DNA of 63,332 nt, counting the filler, from Octopus bimaculoides (Eukaryota): NCBI RefSeq assembly GCF_001194135.2. It is 4 parts of 3 records of this genome, joined end to end, with 100 filler letters (N's around TTAATTAATTAA, not from the genome) between each part and the next. Parts side by side here need not be neighbours in the genome. Positions count along the whole stretch, not along the records: positions 46,348 to 55,808 come from NC_068991.1; positions 55,909 to 63,332 come from NC_068991.1; 2 more parts are not named here. One strand, 5' to 3'. Every line of letters starts with the position of its first letter. Position 1 is the first letter of the stretch. Shown here piece after piece: positions 50,711 through 63,332 of this stretch. A program made the position numbers and the translations under genes. The notes beneath the pieces were generated by a model. The model ran no database searches. It saw only the letters and a program-made list of their open reading frames with translations, and had not been told where the DNA came from.

Positions 50711-53399
50711 GTCTAAGGACCAGCGGCAACCTCTATCCTCTGTATTCGAATTTTATCTATCTTTTATTTGCTTCTGCCATTGGACAACGGCCTTGCTTGG
50801 GCCACTGCCTTTAAGGGTTTAAGTCAAACAAAATGACCCCCCGGTACTAAATACTCGGAAGGAAATATAAACTTTGGGTCATTTATTCATTGTTCACCGG
50901 TCGCACACTGGTGCACTGATCCACTCTACAATTCTTTAGTTATAGACTGAAGATATAAACTATATTTTCTCCAAAATACAAGAAATTACCTTACATATAT
51001 AAATAAACTATCAGTTCTCTTAACTCCAAGATGGTAAACGTTCGTATTCTGACGCCAGACCAACTTTAATATTTGTTTACATCGCACACCATTCAGGTTG
51101 AGTAATAAATTGTATAGGTGACAAGAAAGAAGGACGTCTATAGTGATATTTATGATTTTCCAATGGCATATGAAGCTTAAAAGTAAAATAGCATTGTTTG
51201 TTCCTCTCAGTAATTAGGATGTAAAAGAACTCTTCATGTAATCAATAATATAGGCCAGCTACAATATCTACAACCGAGAATACAACCCAAATCGCGACCC
51301 CAGTCATTTAAAACCTTGCTCCACGATCTTCCGACACTCACATCGGGGATGACTTACTTTTTAATAAGATAAAACGCCCCGCAGATAATAGAAGATAATC
51401 TCAATGAAAATATAATTAAACCAAAAGTTAGAAAGAAAATATCGGGAAATATGCAAATTATTACGGGAAGTTCGAAACTAAAATGACATAAACGTGGTTT
51501 TCTTTCCTCTCATTCAACTTACATTTTACAAAGCATCAACAAACCCTTATAATTACTTTTTATTTATAAAGAGATAAAGGACCAATTTGGATATTTCAGT
51601 TATTAAGTTTACATTGGAGATATTTCTAATATGGGTACGCTTAATTTCTTTAACAACATTCAGAATATAACTAAACGATTCATAATATTAACGATAATCT
51701 AATTTTCCAAATATATTTCATTTATATATATATATATATATATATATCAGTAGTTGTCATGAAAACAATTCTATAATCACTTGGAAGAATATTTATCGAG
51801 CAGCAATGTCGATAAATACAATTTTAATAACCAAAAACTTAAAGAGCCTACTCCAAGGTGATTGATAGTCGGTATGATGTTAGGATGATTGTCAAATCAT
51901 TTTAAACAGATATACAGAAAAATATGTTTAAAGATGTTTAGATTTGAAGCAGAATATGTCGTTGAAAGCAACTTACCGAAAGGCTACATTAAAAGCCCTT
52001 CGTAAAGGTGTTGCGAGGTAGTGTCGGTACATTATAAGTGTTGTAAAAATGCTAGTCCGCCATGGTGAGGTTAACCTTGTGAGAAAGACAAAGACATAGT
52101 GAAAGAAGGGGAGAAGTAAGAGAGTAGATTAAAGTAGTAAATATATAAAGGAGGGGGAATAAGAGAGAGAACTAGACAGACAGAGGAAAAGAAAAAGGAT
52201 GAGAGTGGTAAACATATATAGAAGGGGAGAGAAGAGATAGAAAGTTAAGAAGAGAAAGTGAGTGAGAGAAGTAGTTAGATAAATTAATAAATATGGGGGA
52301 GGTAGGTAGAGAAGAAGTAGAGAGAGTAAGAAACACAAAGTGATAGAAATAAATAGAAATAGAAAGACAAATAGATAGAGAAGGAGAAACTGTAAGAGGA
52401 AGATAGATAATGAAGTAAAAAACAATACTGATACACATACAGACAAGATAAGTTGGAAAGGGTGACAGATAAGAGTAAATGAGAACAACAGGATGAAATA
52501 AGATAAACTGGGAGCGAAACAATGAATAACCCTTAATAGATGGAGTGAAAGAGTAAGAACTGCATAGGGGAAAAGATAGAGTAGCAAGTAGAGAATGAAA
52601 CCGACCGGTTAAAAAAAGAGGGATACAAACTATAACGAAATAAAAGTGAGATCAGAAAGATAGAACCTTTTCTACTCAGGTACAAGGCCCGAAATTTTTG
52701 GGGAGGCAACCAGTCGATTAGATTGACGCTAGTATGCAACTAGTACTTAGTTTATCGACCCCGAAAGGATGATAGTCAAAGTCAACGGAATTTGACCTCA
52801 GAAAGTAAAGTCAGACGAAATACGCTAGGCCCAGCGTGCTAATGTTTCAGTCAGCTCGCCACCTTAATTAGAAAGATAGAAAGAGAGCAAAATACTTTAT
52901 GAGAGACTGATGACGAGTGTGAGAAAGATAAACAATCAACAGTATAAAGAATAAGAGAGTGAAGCATAATGGAGATAAACAGGGATAATATTGTACAATA
53001 TCGGACGTCAATTTTATGTATAGAAATATATATTAGAATTATGAGAGTTGAGCAAACATTTGTTGTTATATTTTGTCATTTTATGTATTTACTAAATTTA
53101 CTCGTGTAGTACCTTTCAAAAATGGCAGACGTTTATTTGATTATGGAATAAATTACGCGAATATAAATTTAAGTATACAAATATTTAATGTAATAATTCT
53201 TTCGTATTCTTTGTAAAGACGCTTGATTCTATAATTTCTCCTTGACCTTCGTAATCCTCAGTCTGAAATTTCAAACTAATCTAATTCTTTGTTCTACTCA
53301 GAGATTTATATATATAGAGAGATATCACTGATCATAGGTTGCAACAGGAACAAACAGACTTTATTAAAAAAGAGAGGTAAAGTTGTACGGCTTGGAGTC

Positions 53400-53900
53400 A
53401 AATCAATTTTCGAGACGAACAATTTATTGTTAGCTTTCTTTCTTTGATGATGACCAGACGTATGCCATTTGAAAGTCTAGTCTTTGGTTTTAAAATTTGG
53501 AGAAGTATTATTGCGAATCCTTTCTTCCGTTTAAGTTCGTGGGGAGGCATCCCCAATAAAGTTTGTTCTTTCAAGAACTCAATAGGAAAATTTGTAGCTA
53601 AATTCTCATCACTATTAACTTGCGAATTTGTTCTTTCGCGTGTTGTGACTTGACCGGGAATATGGTCTAATCGAGTGTGAAGGATTATTTGCATCTTTGT
53701 ATCTTGCAGTAAAGATTATCTTTGTTAAAATTCTTATTATTGCTTCTTCACTTGTGACATTGAGTGATTCAACATATATATGTCACATAATAATTCCCTT
53801 CGATGACCACATCATCAGGAATTTTGGCACTATTTGTATCCGTCGTCACATCATTTTCTAGAATTCCATCGTCATTGTTGCCACTGAGATTTAATTTTTG
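53400..53900 (-). mobile_element. Helitron PIF1-family helicase fragment (pseudogenic)
   Basis: FPIEFLKEQTLLGMPPHELKRKKGFAIILLQILKPKTRLSNGIRLVI matches the Helitron PIF1 motif FP.EFLN...SG+PPH.L.LK.G..I+LLRNL....LCNGTRL. Confidence 0.85.
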
Positions 53901-53994
53901 CATCACCTCCAAAGTGCTGATGTATGACTCGATGGCATCAACGAGGTTTCATTGCAAACAAATTTTTGGTCATAATTAGTTTCGCCAAGATGCA

Positions 53995-54075
53995 AAGAGG
54001 CTGACACGGGACCGCCAGCGATGGAGAGCACTGGTGGACCTGGTCGGCTCTACGCATGATGACGTCTCTGGACCA
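53995..54075 (+). mobile_element. Possible RTE ORF2 terminal fragment
   Basis: TRDRQRWRALVDLVGST resembles the DR..WR..V motif that ends RTE ORF2. The match is very short. Confidence 0.4.
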
Positions 54076-54454
54076 CTAACTTGGAATAGCCCCAGCTCCA
54101 TCAAGCAAGAGCATGAAGCCAAACCAAGCCAGGCCTTATCTTTGTATTTAAAGACTCATTTCATTGATTTCGATGAAGAGCAAACATTTATATTAAATAT
54201 TTGTTGTAAGGAACAATCTACTATAATAATACTCTTGTGTTTTTCTCTGTCACAACATATAAATGAGAAAGGAAGGAGTAATAGATGAATGGGGGAGGAA
54301 GGAATGATGGCAAACTGGTGAGATGGTGAACATTCAACACTGAAAAGAAAAATCAAACAGCGTTTCAGCTCTGTGTGTGTATATGTGTGTGCATGTACAA
54401 GGGAAGTATGTGAATGTATATGAACATTGACAAGTGTATTAATTTGATATACCA

Positions 54455-55000
54455 TTGTAGGAAAGTGGTTATACACCATTAGGTGTACACCGCTTCCGTA
54501 CATTAAATTTCTTGAAGAAACAACGGAACGCAGATTCTGAATTATCAACACAACAATATTTATTTACAGAGGAAATAGGCAGCACTTCGCCCTTTGGTTG
54601 CTGAGACGCCGTCAATGATGTTGAGTGGTTATTTGTCTAGCTCCAGAGTTGGAATGTTGGAAATAGCTGTCTCCAGAGTTGGAATGTTGGAGACAGACTG
54701 CTTGTACGTCTGAGCTCTCCGTCGGCCGGCGAGAAAAGAGAATGAATAAGGGCGCGAAGCTTGAATATCCAATGACCACGCATGCACACGAGACTCTTCC
54801 TGTATTCCTTCCGGAACTAGTCCCTGCGCATGCATGGATAAGCTTTCCGGAATGTCTGCTATTAAGGCGTCACTACATGGCTCCCCCGCGAGTGCCGAAA
54901 GCACGAAAATAGAAAATTTGGAGGGACGCCTGAGGCAAGATGGCCACCGAAACCACCCACAAGATGTGGCACAAACACATACAAAGAAAAATCAAAGAAA
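54455..55000 (-). mobile_element. Possible solo LTR / GC-rich retroelement terminus
   Basis: GC-rich block. On the minus strand, AATAAA is followed about 100 nt later by ...CCTACA. Internal duplication of CTCCAGAGTTGGAATGTTGGA. The other end is not defined. Confidence 0.3.
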
Positions 55001-55261
55001 TGAATGTACACTTGTGAGATACATGCATGCAATGTACAAATGAATTGACAATGACAAAACAACCGTGATGACAACTGTCCAGGAAACTGGAATCACGCGA
55101 TGTAAAAGTCTGATTTTTTTGTTTTTTTCTGAAAGGAAAGAAAATATATGAGTTCACAAGTGTGTATGTGAGAGAAAACACAGAACATAGTAAAAGTGTC
55201 TAACATAGACTGTGAAAAGTCTTAAAACACTGAGATAGAGAAAACCAGTTCGTATTAAAAT

Positions 55262-55488
55262 TCCACAAGGAGATAGAATGTCCATACGCAGGAAGTTGCG
55301 GTCAAGGAGCAGAGCTGTAGTTGTGCGTCGATGCTGGGACCTGTGTTACCTGGTACGGAATATTCTATAAAAGTTACACAAGGAGATTTAGAATGTTCAT
55401 ACGCAGGAAGTTGCGGTCAAGGAGCAGAGCTGTAGTTGAGCGTCGAATGCTGGCTGGGACCTCTGTTACCTGGTACTGAATATTCTGG
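55262..55488. repeat. Two-unit tandem repeat of about 115-120 bp
   Basis: CACAAGGAGAT.AGAATGT.CATACGCAGGAAGTTGCGGTCAAGGAGCAGAGCTGTAGTTG...GTTACCTGGTAC.GAATATTCT occurs twice. Confidence 0.85.
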
Positions 55489-55808
55489 CTGGCCTGTTGA
55501 TCGTGAGTGGAAACATCCACTCTAACAGGGTCGAGATAAAACCGCGCTTGTTGATGTTGGTTGCTTGTGTATGTGTAGAAGTCATGTTGACGATGTTGGT
55601 AGTACGTAGAGTCGTATTGCTGCTGACGATGTTGGCGATGCTGGTAGTACGTAGAGTCGTACTGCTGTTGGCGACGTCGGGGGCGATGCTTGTAGTTCGT
55701 AGTTGTTATTGATGTCGTCGCTGTAAACTGGCTGTAGCTGTAGCTGTGTTCTGTATGTGTGTGGTGGTAATGATGTTGACAGTGGTGTGTGGTGTTTGAA
55801 AAACGGGC

Positions 55809-55908
55809 NNNNNNNNNNNNNNNNNNNNNNNNNNNNNNNNNNNNNNNNNNNNTTAATTAATTAANNNNNNNNNNNNNNNNNNNNNNNNNNNNNNNNNNNN
55901 NNNNNNNN
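55809..55908. other. Artificial scaffold-joining spacer
   Basis: Identical 44N-TTAATTAATTAA-44N structure. Confidence 0.95.
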
Positions 55909-56526
55909 ATATATGCATACATATATATACATACCTACATCTACATGTATATATATAGATGCATATCCGGGTACAGAACGTCAAAAAAACGTGGGCAAAA
56001 AAGGAAGGGAACATAAACAAAGCACAAAAAACGAACTTTTTTTACGGACAACAGAATGAACACATAGGAAAACAGACAAGCCACATATGGAACTTTTCCT
56101 TCATCAGCTGCCTCTATTCTAAACTAGGCGTTTCGAAAATGAGGCAGAACGCGCTCTTAGAATAGCTCTTCCCGCGAAGCAGATTAAGTGAAGCCTGCTA
56201 TGCAGAGGGCTCCAAAGTAGCAAACAGAAACCAACACAGGGGAAAACAAACGTTGAGGGCCGTTAGGCCGAACGAGATGAGATACTGAACTCTGTGATGT
56301 GACGAACTTGAGCAGAGAGAAATAGCAGTTCGTGTTGCCTTTATGCTGGCCGAATGGAGAAAGGAAGAACTGACCACAGGTCACGTGTGATCAACGAGGT
56401 GTGGTGGAGAGAGGATATATATATATACATATATACAATTAAAGGTATTTTAATATGCTGGCCACTTTGCTGAAATTTTTGGGGAAAAAATTCATGTCCT
56501 AAAATATCCTTAAGATATCAACGCAG

Positions 56527-56814
56527 TAATATTCGTAGCCACTTTAACATGGCTGTCCGTTCGAATAGACTCTACTGTTATTTTTTAACTCCAACAGGAC
56601 ATCTCTTCTATCTGGTTAACGATACGCAACTGCATCCGATAAGGTGCGAGCAATGGAGCGAACCCCTACCACCTTCTAGCGACGGGTTCGCTCGCAGTTT
56701 ATCGGATGCAGCTGTGCATCGTTAACCAGCTAGAGGAGATGTCCTCTTAGGGTTAAAAAATCGCAGTAGAGTCGGTTCGAACGGACAGCCACGTTAAAGT
56801 GGCTACGAATATTA
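56527..56814. mobile_element. Foldback MITE with arms of about 120 bp
   Basis: TAATATTCGTAGCCACTTTAAC.TGGCTGTCCGTTCGAA... is mirrored at the other end with scattered mismatches. Begins and ends with TA. Confidence 0.88.
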
Positions 56815-57640
56815 TAAAAATTAGTAAATAGATTCTTAAGCTTAATACCTTAATATTTTATAAATATAAACAAATTTGAATGTGAAACAGTTAAAGAATA
56901 AATTGCTCTAACTTTCATCATGGAATTTGAAAATGTATACTAACTTTTCGAACTTCAGATGTCTAAATGAGGAATATTAATAACTATAGTGTTCCAGTGT
57001 ATACTGTCAGTATAGCATCACCGAAAATAGCAAAATAAGAAAGTGTGTGTTTGTTGGGGGTGAGATAGAGATGGCGTAAGACAGAAAGAAAGGAAGAGTT
57101 TAATACTCCGTTATAACTAACTGTCTTTCACTCTCACTTTTTTTAATCCTCATTTCTTTTACCTCAGAGAGACCTCGAACCTGAGATTTCTTTTACTTCA
57201 CGCATTATGCCAGAATTTGGGGTCTGTGTACAAATTTCGAGACGAACAGACAAACCTGAGTGCTTAAAGATCTATTGCACCATATTTCATAAGTCCAAAA
57301 TGATTTTACTGCAATGCATAAGAATCTGCATAACGAGAATATAATTTTTGGAGGATATTGTGCTTCTTTTACTCAGCAAAAGCCAATCTTCTTACCCTCT
57401 GCTAAGTTTAAAATAACCACTTGAGTTCTGCTATATCAAATGTAAAAATAAACTTAGCTATGAGAATGTTTACTTTTACTTTATCTTCTTTCTTAAAATC
57501 AAAATAAATCGTATTTTTGTTTGTGTCTATGTTTCTTTTTTTCTTAATAAGTGAGTATATCCGCATAACATTTTGAAGAATCTTGACTAGTTAGTCTTCA
57601 AATGCAATGATCGTTTCCCCCAGCAAATTCTCTCTCTTTT

Positions 57641-57706
<66 letters not shown>

Positions 57707-60230
57707 ATTTCTTCCTTCTTCCTTTCCTTGTCTTTCATACTTTCTTTGACTACGTATTTTACAGCTATTCTACACCCATATAAAGAACTATCAATGACGT
57801 ATCTTTCCAATGCTATTTAACAAACCTTATTTTGGACAATTTTCAACAATCCTCTCTTCAACTTGAAATAGTATTTTGGTGCCAGCATTCTCGTGTTTTT
57901 ATGGTTGTTTTCATTTTAGCGAAAATATAGAATGTTTCTTTATCTTAGTTTCGTTGTTGAAAAATTTCTGAACTTAACAGCATGAAAAGTACAATTATTG
58001 ACTTGATCAATGACTCGAGATTCCAACTACGACATTTTCGACAGTACCTAAATCAAGATCAAAATAGTGGTTCCTAATTTAGGTACAAGGTCAGCTATTT
58101 CGAGAGGAGGAATTTAGTAGATTACATCGGATTCAATAGTTGACTGATACTTTATTTTATAGACCCCGAGGGATGGAAAGCAAAGTGGACTTCCATATTA
58201 TTTGAACTCATGGAACAAATGCACTGGATAACTCCATGCAATATTAGATAACACAGTGTATGAGTTTGATTTCATATTAGTCGTGCTTAAATTTCTTCGT
58301 ACTTGATTGTACACAAGTTAGCTGATATCCTTCTGGTCAGGATTGTGCAACCCAGGAAAGCGAAACCGTTCCATGCTAGATTACGTAACACAAGGAAGTC
58401 AGATGACTCCATTCTGGCTTACTTAACTCAATGTAACCTGACTAACCTTTACTGTGTTACTTTATCATTTCATATTGAATTACAACGCAGTCTTTCATTG
58501 CTGAAAAATATCTAATTACCTTTGGCGCTGTCATCAAATAATTTGCAAGTCTACAAAGACCGACCAGAATCCAACACAAACATAAATTACTTGTGGCTCC
58601 AACATTTGTTTTTTACAAGCTGTGTTTATATATAAGATGCTTAAATAGTTTATTATTTGCATTATATCATTTGTCAAAAATCACTCTCTCTCTCTCTCTC
58701 TCTCTCTCTTGATATTTGTCGTAGAACTGACATGTAAAGGTCCTACTGTCTACTTAATTCGTTACTCACTTCGATTTTCTCGATTTCATTCAGCTGCTAT
58801 GATTGATAAGATCGGCCGTTGCCAGGATACAGTGTCTGATTCGGTTAGCTATTTGTTTATTCAGGAAATGTTCGCTGTTTCTGTTGCTAAGGATTCCAAA
58901 GAACCAAATCGAATGTGGTTTCCGATCAATACACACTACATAAACGGGTGACGAGTGGTTGCATATCTCTCAGTGGTAATTTAGAAGCTTATAAAAGCAC
59001 GTATCGTGGTACAAGAATTTAGCTGGCGATGAGCTTAATTCGTGACTAAGTTTCCATTCCTAGTCGAAGCTTATTTATTTTACTTGAACCCGTTTTAAAA
59101 TTCAAATTTTAAACGTTTCTGAGAAAAGAATCGCCTTCCCACAGTCATATTCTCTTCTATATGCCTGTCGTCGTATACCTAAGAAATCGAGGGAATTTTA
59201 ATGTAGGGAACTACCTGTTAGCAGTTGCAACCAAATCACCATCAAATCATATTTTGTTGTTTCAAAATGCAAAAGCAAGAAAGGAACGGCCATTCGGATA
59301 ATGTAATCATGGATATTACAATGCCAGGAAAAAAGGCGAAGTGATTGCTAATAGGTCGCTTGATCAGACTGGAGACTAAAAAATAACAACAAAGCGAAAA
59401 ACAATAACAATGACAACAACAATTAGTACAACGATGCTTATTATAATTAGAATTCTAGGGTTGCGCAACAGTTATGATAAAACACCTGACCAAAGTTTTT
59501 CCAATATTCAAAGTTACAGTTTAACTTCAACAATTGGATTCAGTTATACTTACACCCCTCAGAAACACAGAACTTTGTGGCTTTTATTCTTTTTTTTACT
59601 TCTTTTTTTGGGTGGGGGATGAACATTAGTGACAGAAAAGATAGAAAATATTATAAACAGGCGGTGCTCCAGCATGGCTTTAGTCGTAATGACTGAAATA
59701 AAATAAAGTACACGAATAACATACGTATGACTTTTCTCAGGTTTAAAAGGTGACATTGTTTCCGTTGTATACATTCCAAAGATGGAGCTTTGTATCTTTC
59801 TTAGAAACCAGCTCCTTCTTCAAAGGAAGAATTTAAATGATTAAATGCAAAAGTGACACACACACATACATACATACATACATACATACATACATACATA
59901 CCCAATTCAACCATTGAAGTCACCTTTTCTTTATATTCTTCAGGGAAGAATAAAAGTTGTGATATTTTTCCTTCAAAAAATCAGTGAGAAGGAAAATATT
60001 TATTGACAACTACTTCTACGCTTGCAGTTTATGTACACTGCTTATGTCTCGAGAAACTAGGCTCTTCAGACAGAATAAGTGGAGCAATAAAAATATGCAA
60101 GACTTTTTAAAGTTCAACATGTAACACACGATTTTTCTTCTCCAAGCTTCAATGGTGTGACGCTTTACTTCTTTATCAGAAACTAGCTCTTTTTATATAA
60201 GAACATTTCGAGTAATAAAAAAAGAAACAT

Positions 60231-60262
<32 letters not shown>

Positions 60263-60547
60263 NNNNNNNNNNNNNNNNNNNNNNNNNNNNNNNNNNNNNN
60301 NNNNNNNNNNNNNNNNNNNNNNNNNNNNNNNNNNNNNNNNNNNNNNNNNNNNNNNNNNNNNNNNNNNNNNNNNNNNNNNNNNNNNNNNNNNNNNNNNNNN
60401 NNNNNNNNNNNNNNNNNNNNNNNNNNNNNNNNNNNNNNNNNNNNNNNNNNNNNNNNNNNNNNNNNNNNNNNNNNNNNNNNNNNNNNNNNNNNNNNNNNNT
60501 ATATATATATATATATATATATGCATGTTTCTTTATATGCATATATA

Positions 60548-60763
60548 CGAGGGGGTGCTGAAAATTCCTCGCTTTAAGGGTATCGTTAGAGGCCTCTTTC
60601 TAGGCCCAACTTTGCGAGTTCTTTTACAGAGCTTTGAAAAAGTGATGGGTCGCTGCACTAAGTGTGTGAAACTGAGAGGGGAATATATTAAATAAAATCA
60701 TAATTAACTGATCCTCCTGCATTTTCTTTCAGCTAAAGCCAGGAACTTTCCAGCACCCTCTCG
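60548..60763 (+). mobile_element. mariner-derived MITE
   Basis: TA|CGAGGGGGTGCTGAAAA... and ...TTTCCAGCACCCTCTCG|TA. Retains RCTKCVKLRGEYIK*, the mariner transposase C-terminus. Confidence 0.85.
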
Positions 60764-61178
60764 TATGTGTTTATGTGTGTGTGTGTGTATTACTATACAC
60801 ACACAGCCGTTTACTTATATATTGCTATACACACACACAGACGTATACTTATATATACGCACATAAATATGCATGTGTGTGGGCGTACGATTAGAAACTT
60901 GTATGAGTTTTCAGAAAATGCAATGAATTTAGGGAGGCGATATATATAACGGCCCACCTTGAAATTGTTGCTTATAAAATGAAGAGGAGTCAGTACAGTC
61001 TGTTCTGATAAGTCAGTCACTTAATTAGAATTTGCTTATAAGACTGAGAGTGTGCAGTGAGCTTGCAGTAACGACAAACCAATTTTAGTCATATACTTTC
61101 TTGTACTTTCTCCTCTCCTTGTTGATAGAAGCGTTTTGATAAATGATGTTATTTTCTTCTTGCTTTCGTATGCCCCGT

Positions 61179-61236
<58 letters not shown>

Positions 61237-61378
61237 AAGCAGCAGCAGCAGCTGTAGTAGTAGTAGCAGCAGCAGTAACAGTAGTAGTAGTTATTGTTTA
61301 TCAAGAAGTCTCTAATTATTACTCTTTTGCTTTCGCTTCTTTTCCTTCTTTTAATAGAATCGTTTGAGCTTCGGACAA

Positions 61379-61440
<62 letters not shown>

Positions 61441-61567
61441 GCCGGGGCCGACTTTGCCTCTCATTCTTTAAGGGTCGATAAAATAAGTATTAGTTGAGTA
61501 CTGGGGTCGACGTAATCGACTAGTCCCCTCCCCCAAAATTTCAGGCCTTGTGCCTATAGCAGAAAGG

Positions 61568-61627
<60 letters not shown>

Positions 61628-62363
61628 GTTATCATTATTATTGAGTGAGAGACCANNNNNNNNNNNNNNNNNNNNNNNNNNNNNNNNNNNNNNNNNNNNN
61701 NNNNNNNNNNNNNNNNNNNNNNNNNNNNNNNNNNNNNNNNNNNNNNNNNNNNNNNNNNNNNNNNNNNNNNNNNNNNNNNNNNNNNNNNNNNNNNNNNNNN
61801 NNNNNNNNNNNNNNNNNNNNNNNNNNNNNNNNNNNNNNNNNNNNNNNNNNNNNNNNNNNNNNNNNNNNNNNNNNNNNNNNNNNNNNNNNNNNNNNNNNNN
61901 NNNNNNNNNNNNNNNNNNNNNNNNNNNNNNNNNNNNNNNNNNNNNNNNNNNNNNNNNNNNNNNNNNNNNNNNNNNNNNNNNNNNNNNNNNNNNNNNNNNN
62001 NNNNNNNNNNNNNNNNNNNNNNNNNNNNNNNNNNNNNNNNNNNNNNNNNNNNNNNNNNNNNNNNNNNNNNNNNNNNNNNNNNNNNNNNNNNNNNNNNNNN
62101 NNNNNNNNNNNNNNNNNNNNNNNNNNNNNNNNNNNNNNNNNNNNNNNNNNNNNNNNNNNNNNNNNNNNNNNNNNNNNNNNNNNNNNNNNNNNNNNNNNNN
62201 NNNNNNNNNNNNNNNNNNNNNNNNNNNNNNNNNNNNNNNNNNNNNNNNNNNNNNNNNNNNNNNNNNNNNNNNNNNNNNNNNNNNNNNNNNNNNNNNNNNN
62301 NNNNNNNNNNNNNNNNNNNNNNNNNNNNNNNNNNNNNNNNNNNNNNNNNNNNNNNNNNNNNNN

Positions 62364-63045
62364 TAGTTTTATTTTTATAACGTACTTTCACTTCACTACC
62401 GAGCGCAGCTCTGTGTGCCTTGGGTTTGCTGTGATACTCTTATGGTTACTGTATTGAAAGTGTTTTGCGTAGGATGTGTTCAGTGCCCAGTAGTGCAATT
62501 TTCTGTATGTTATATATATTTGTAAGTCCTGGTGTTTTTGTTATGTATTTGTCTGAATATTTTTTTTATCATACCTAATGCGCCCACTATGATAGAAATT
62601 GTTTCCGTTTTTAGACTCCACATTCGAGTTACCTCTATTTCCAGGTCTTTGTATTCTGAAAGCTTCTCCATTTCTCTTAGAGAAACGCTGTCATCTGTTG
62701 GTATCGATACATCAGTTAGAAAGCATTTTTCTTCTTCATGATCTTTGACAACTATATCTGGCCTATTGGCCTTAATTTCTCCATCTGTGTGTATTGGCAT
62801 GTCCCATAGTATTGTGGCTTTCTCATTTTCTGTGACCTTTTCTGGCATGTGCCTATACCATCTTTTTTCTGTTATTATTTCATAGTGTTGGCATAGCTTC
62901 CAGTGTATGTAGGTTCCAACTCTGTCGTGTCTGTGAATATATTCCTTCTTAGCCAGGACTGGGCAGCCAGAGACAATATGATTTATTGTTTCTTGTCCAT
63001 CTTCGCATATTCTGCAGTTACTTGTTATCTTTCTTTTCATTATAT
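62364..63045 (-). mobile_element. RLE non-LTR retrotransposon (R4/Dong-like), CCHC knuckle, endonuclease and 3' UTR
   Basis: ORF 62510-63040: CRICEDGQETINHIVSGC...RHD (CCHC knuckle), IHW, ANRPDIVV, DVSIP, EK..YKDL, IIVGALG. Confidence 0.9.
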
Positions 63046-63332
63046 GTTTTTAGTAATTTCTGGTAGGGATCTGTTGTATTCCTCTCGGGAGACTCGCAGA
63101 GAAAAGACAATGAGTTGTACAATTTAATTATTACATTTATTATTCAATTACATACAAAGAACGCACTCACCCAAAGTTCGATGCTAATAAACAAAAGTCA
63201 TGTCCGCCATATATATCAATGACATTTTACTACCCCAGTCATTCAAAACAACAACAATGAAACAATGAACTCAGACGAACCACATTGACACACGAGACGT
63301 CAGACGAAAATCAAATCTAACAGTCCCTATAA

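Noticed and set aside
52129-52587. 152-aa hydrophobic ORF (membrane protein?)
   Set aside because: It is the reverse translation of a purine-rich low-complexity (GA-rich) tract.
56085-56150. Minus-strand CTGATGA and GAAAC with a CTGCCTC/GAGGCAG hairpin as a hammerhead
   Set aside because: The motif order and stems do not assemble into a valid type I, II or III fold. Probably part of another dispersed repeat.

Overview
AT-rich, microsatellite- and SINE-dense animal genomic DNA. The SINE families, microsatellite load and intron sizes suggest a coleoid cephalopod such as Octopus (inference from recalled repeat families; no search was run). The window is not one contiguous locus. Three identical 100-bp spacers (44 N + TTAATTAATTAA + 44 N; 28705-28804, 46248-46347, 55809-55908) join four separate scaffolds. 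Two host genes are recognisable, both incomplete. (1) A + strand M17 leucine aminopeptidase (LAP3-like): seven in-phase GT-AG exons from 32409 to 44988, starting with a mitochondrial-presequence-like exon and cut off just after KGITFD. (2) A - strand NDUFAF3-like complex I assembly factor: one clear exon at 47055-47238 and a tentative first exon at 50619-50710. The rest is mobile DNA: three R4/Dong-type RLE non-LTR fragments next to (TAA)n, RTE fragments including a C2H2-finger tail, a Helitron PIF1 fragment, non-autonomous Helitrons/Helentron, a Chapaev3-like transposase relic, Tc1/mariner MITEs, two foldback elements and at least four SINE families. The most interesting observations are (a) a three-copy, (AT)n-anchored repeat carrying a minimal hammerhead-ribozyme-like fold with a shared non-canonical core (CUGUUGA), (b) a hairpin cluster with hammerhead core motifs in LAP3 intron 1, and (c) two independent inverted-repeat pairs bracketing LAP3 exon 2. 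Most ORF-track entries are microsatellite or N-gap artefacts. Repeat boundaries are approximate; exon boundaries were counted by hand.
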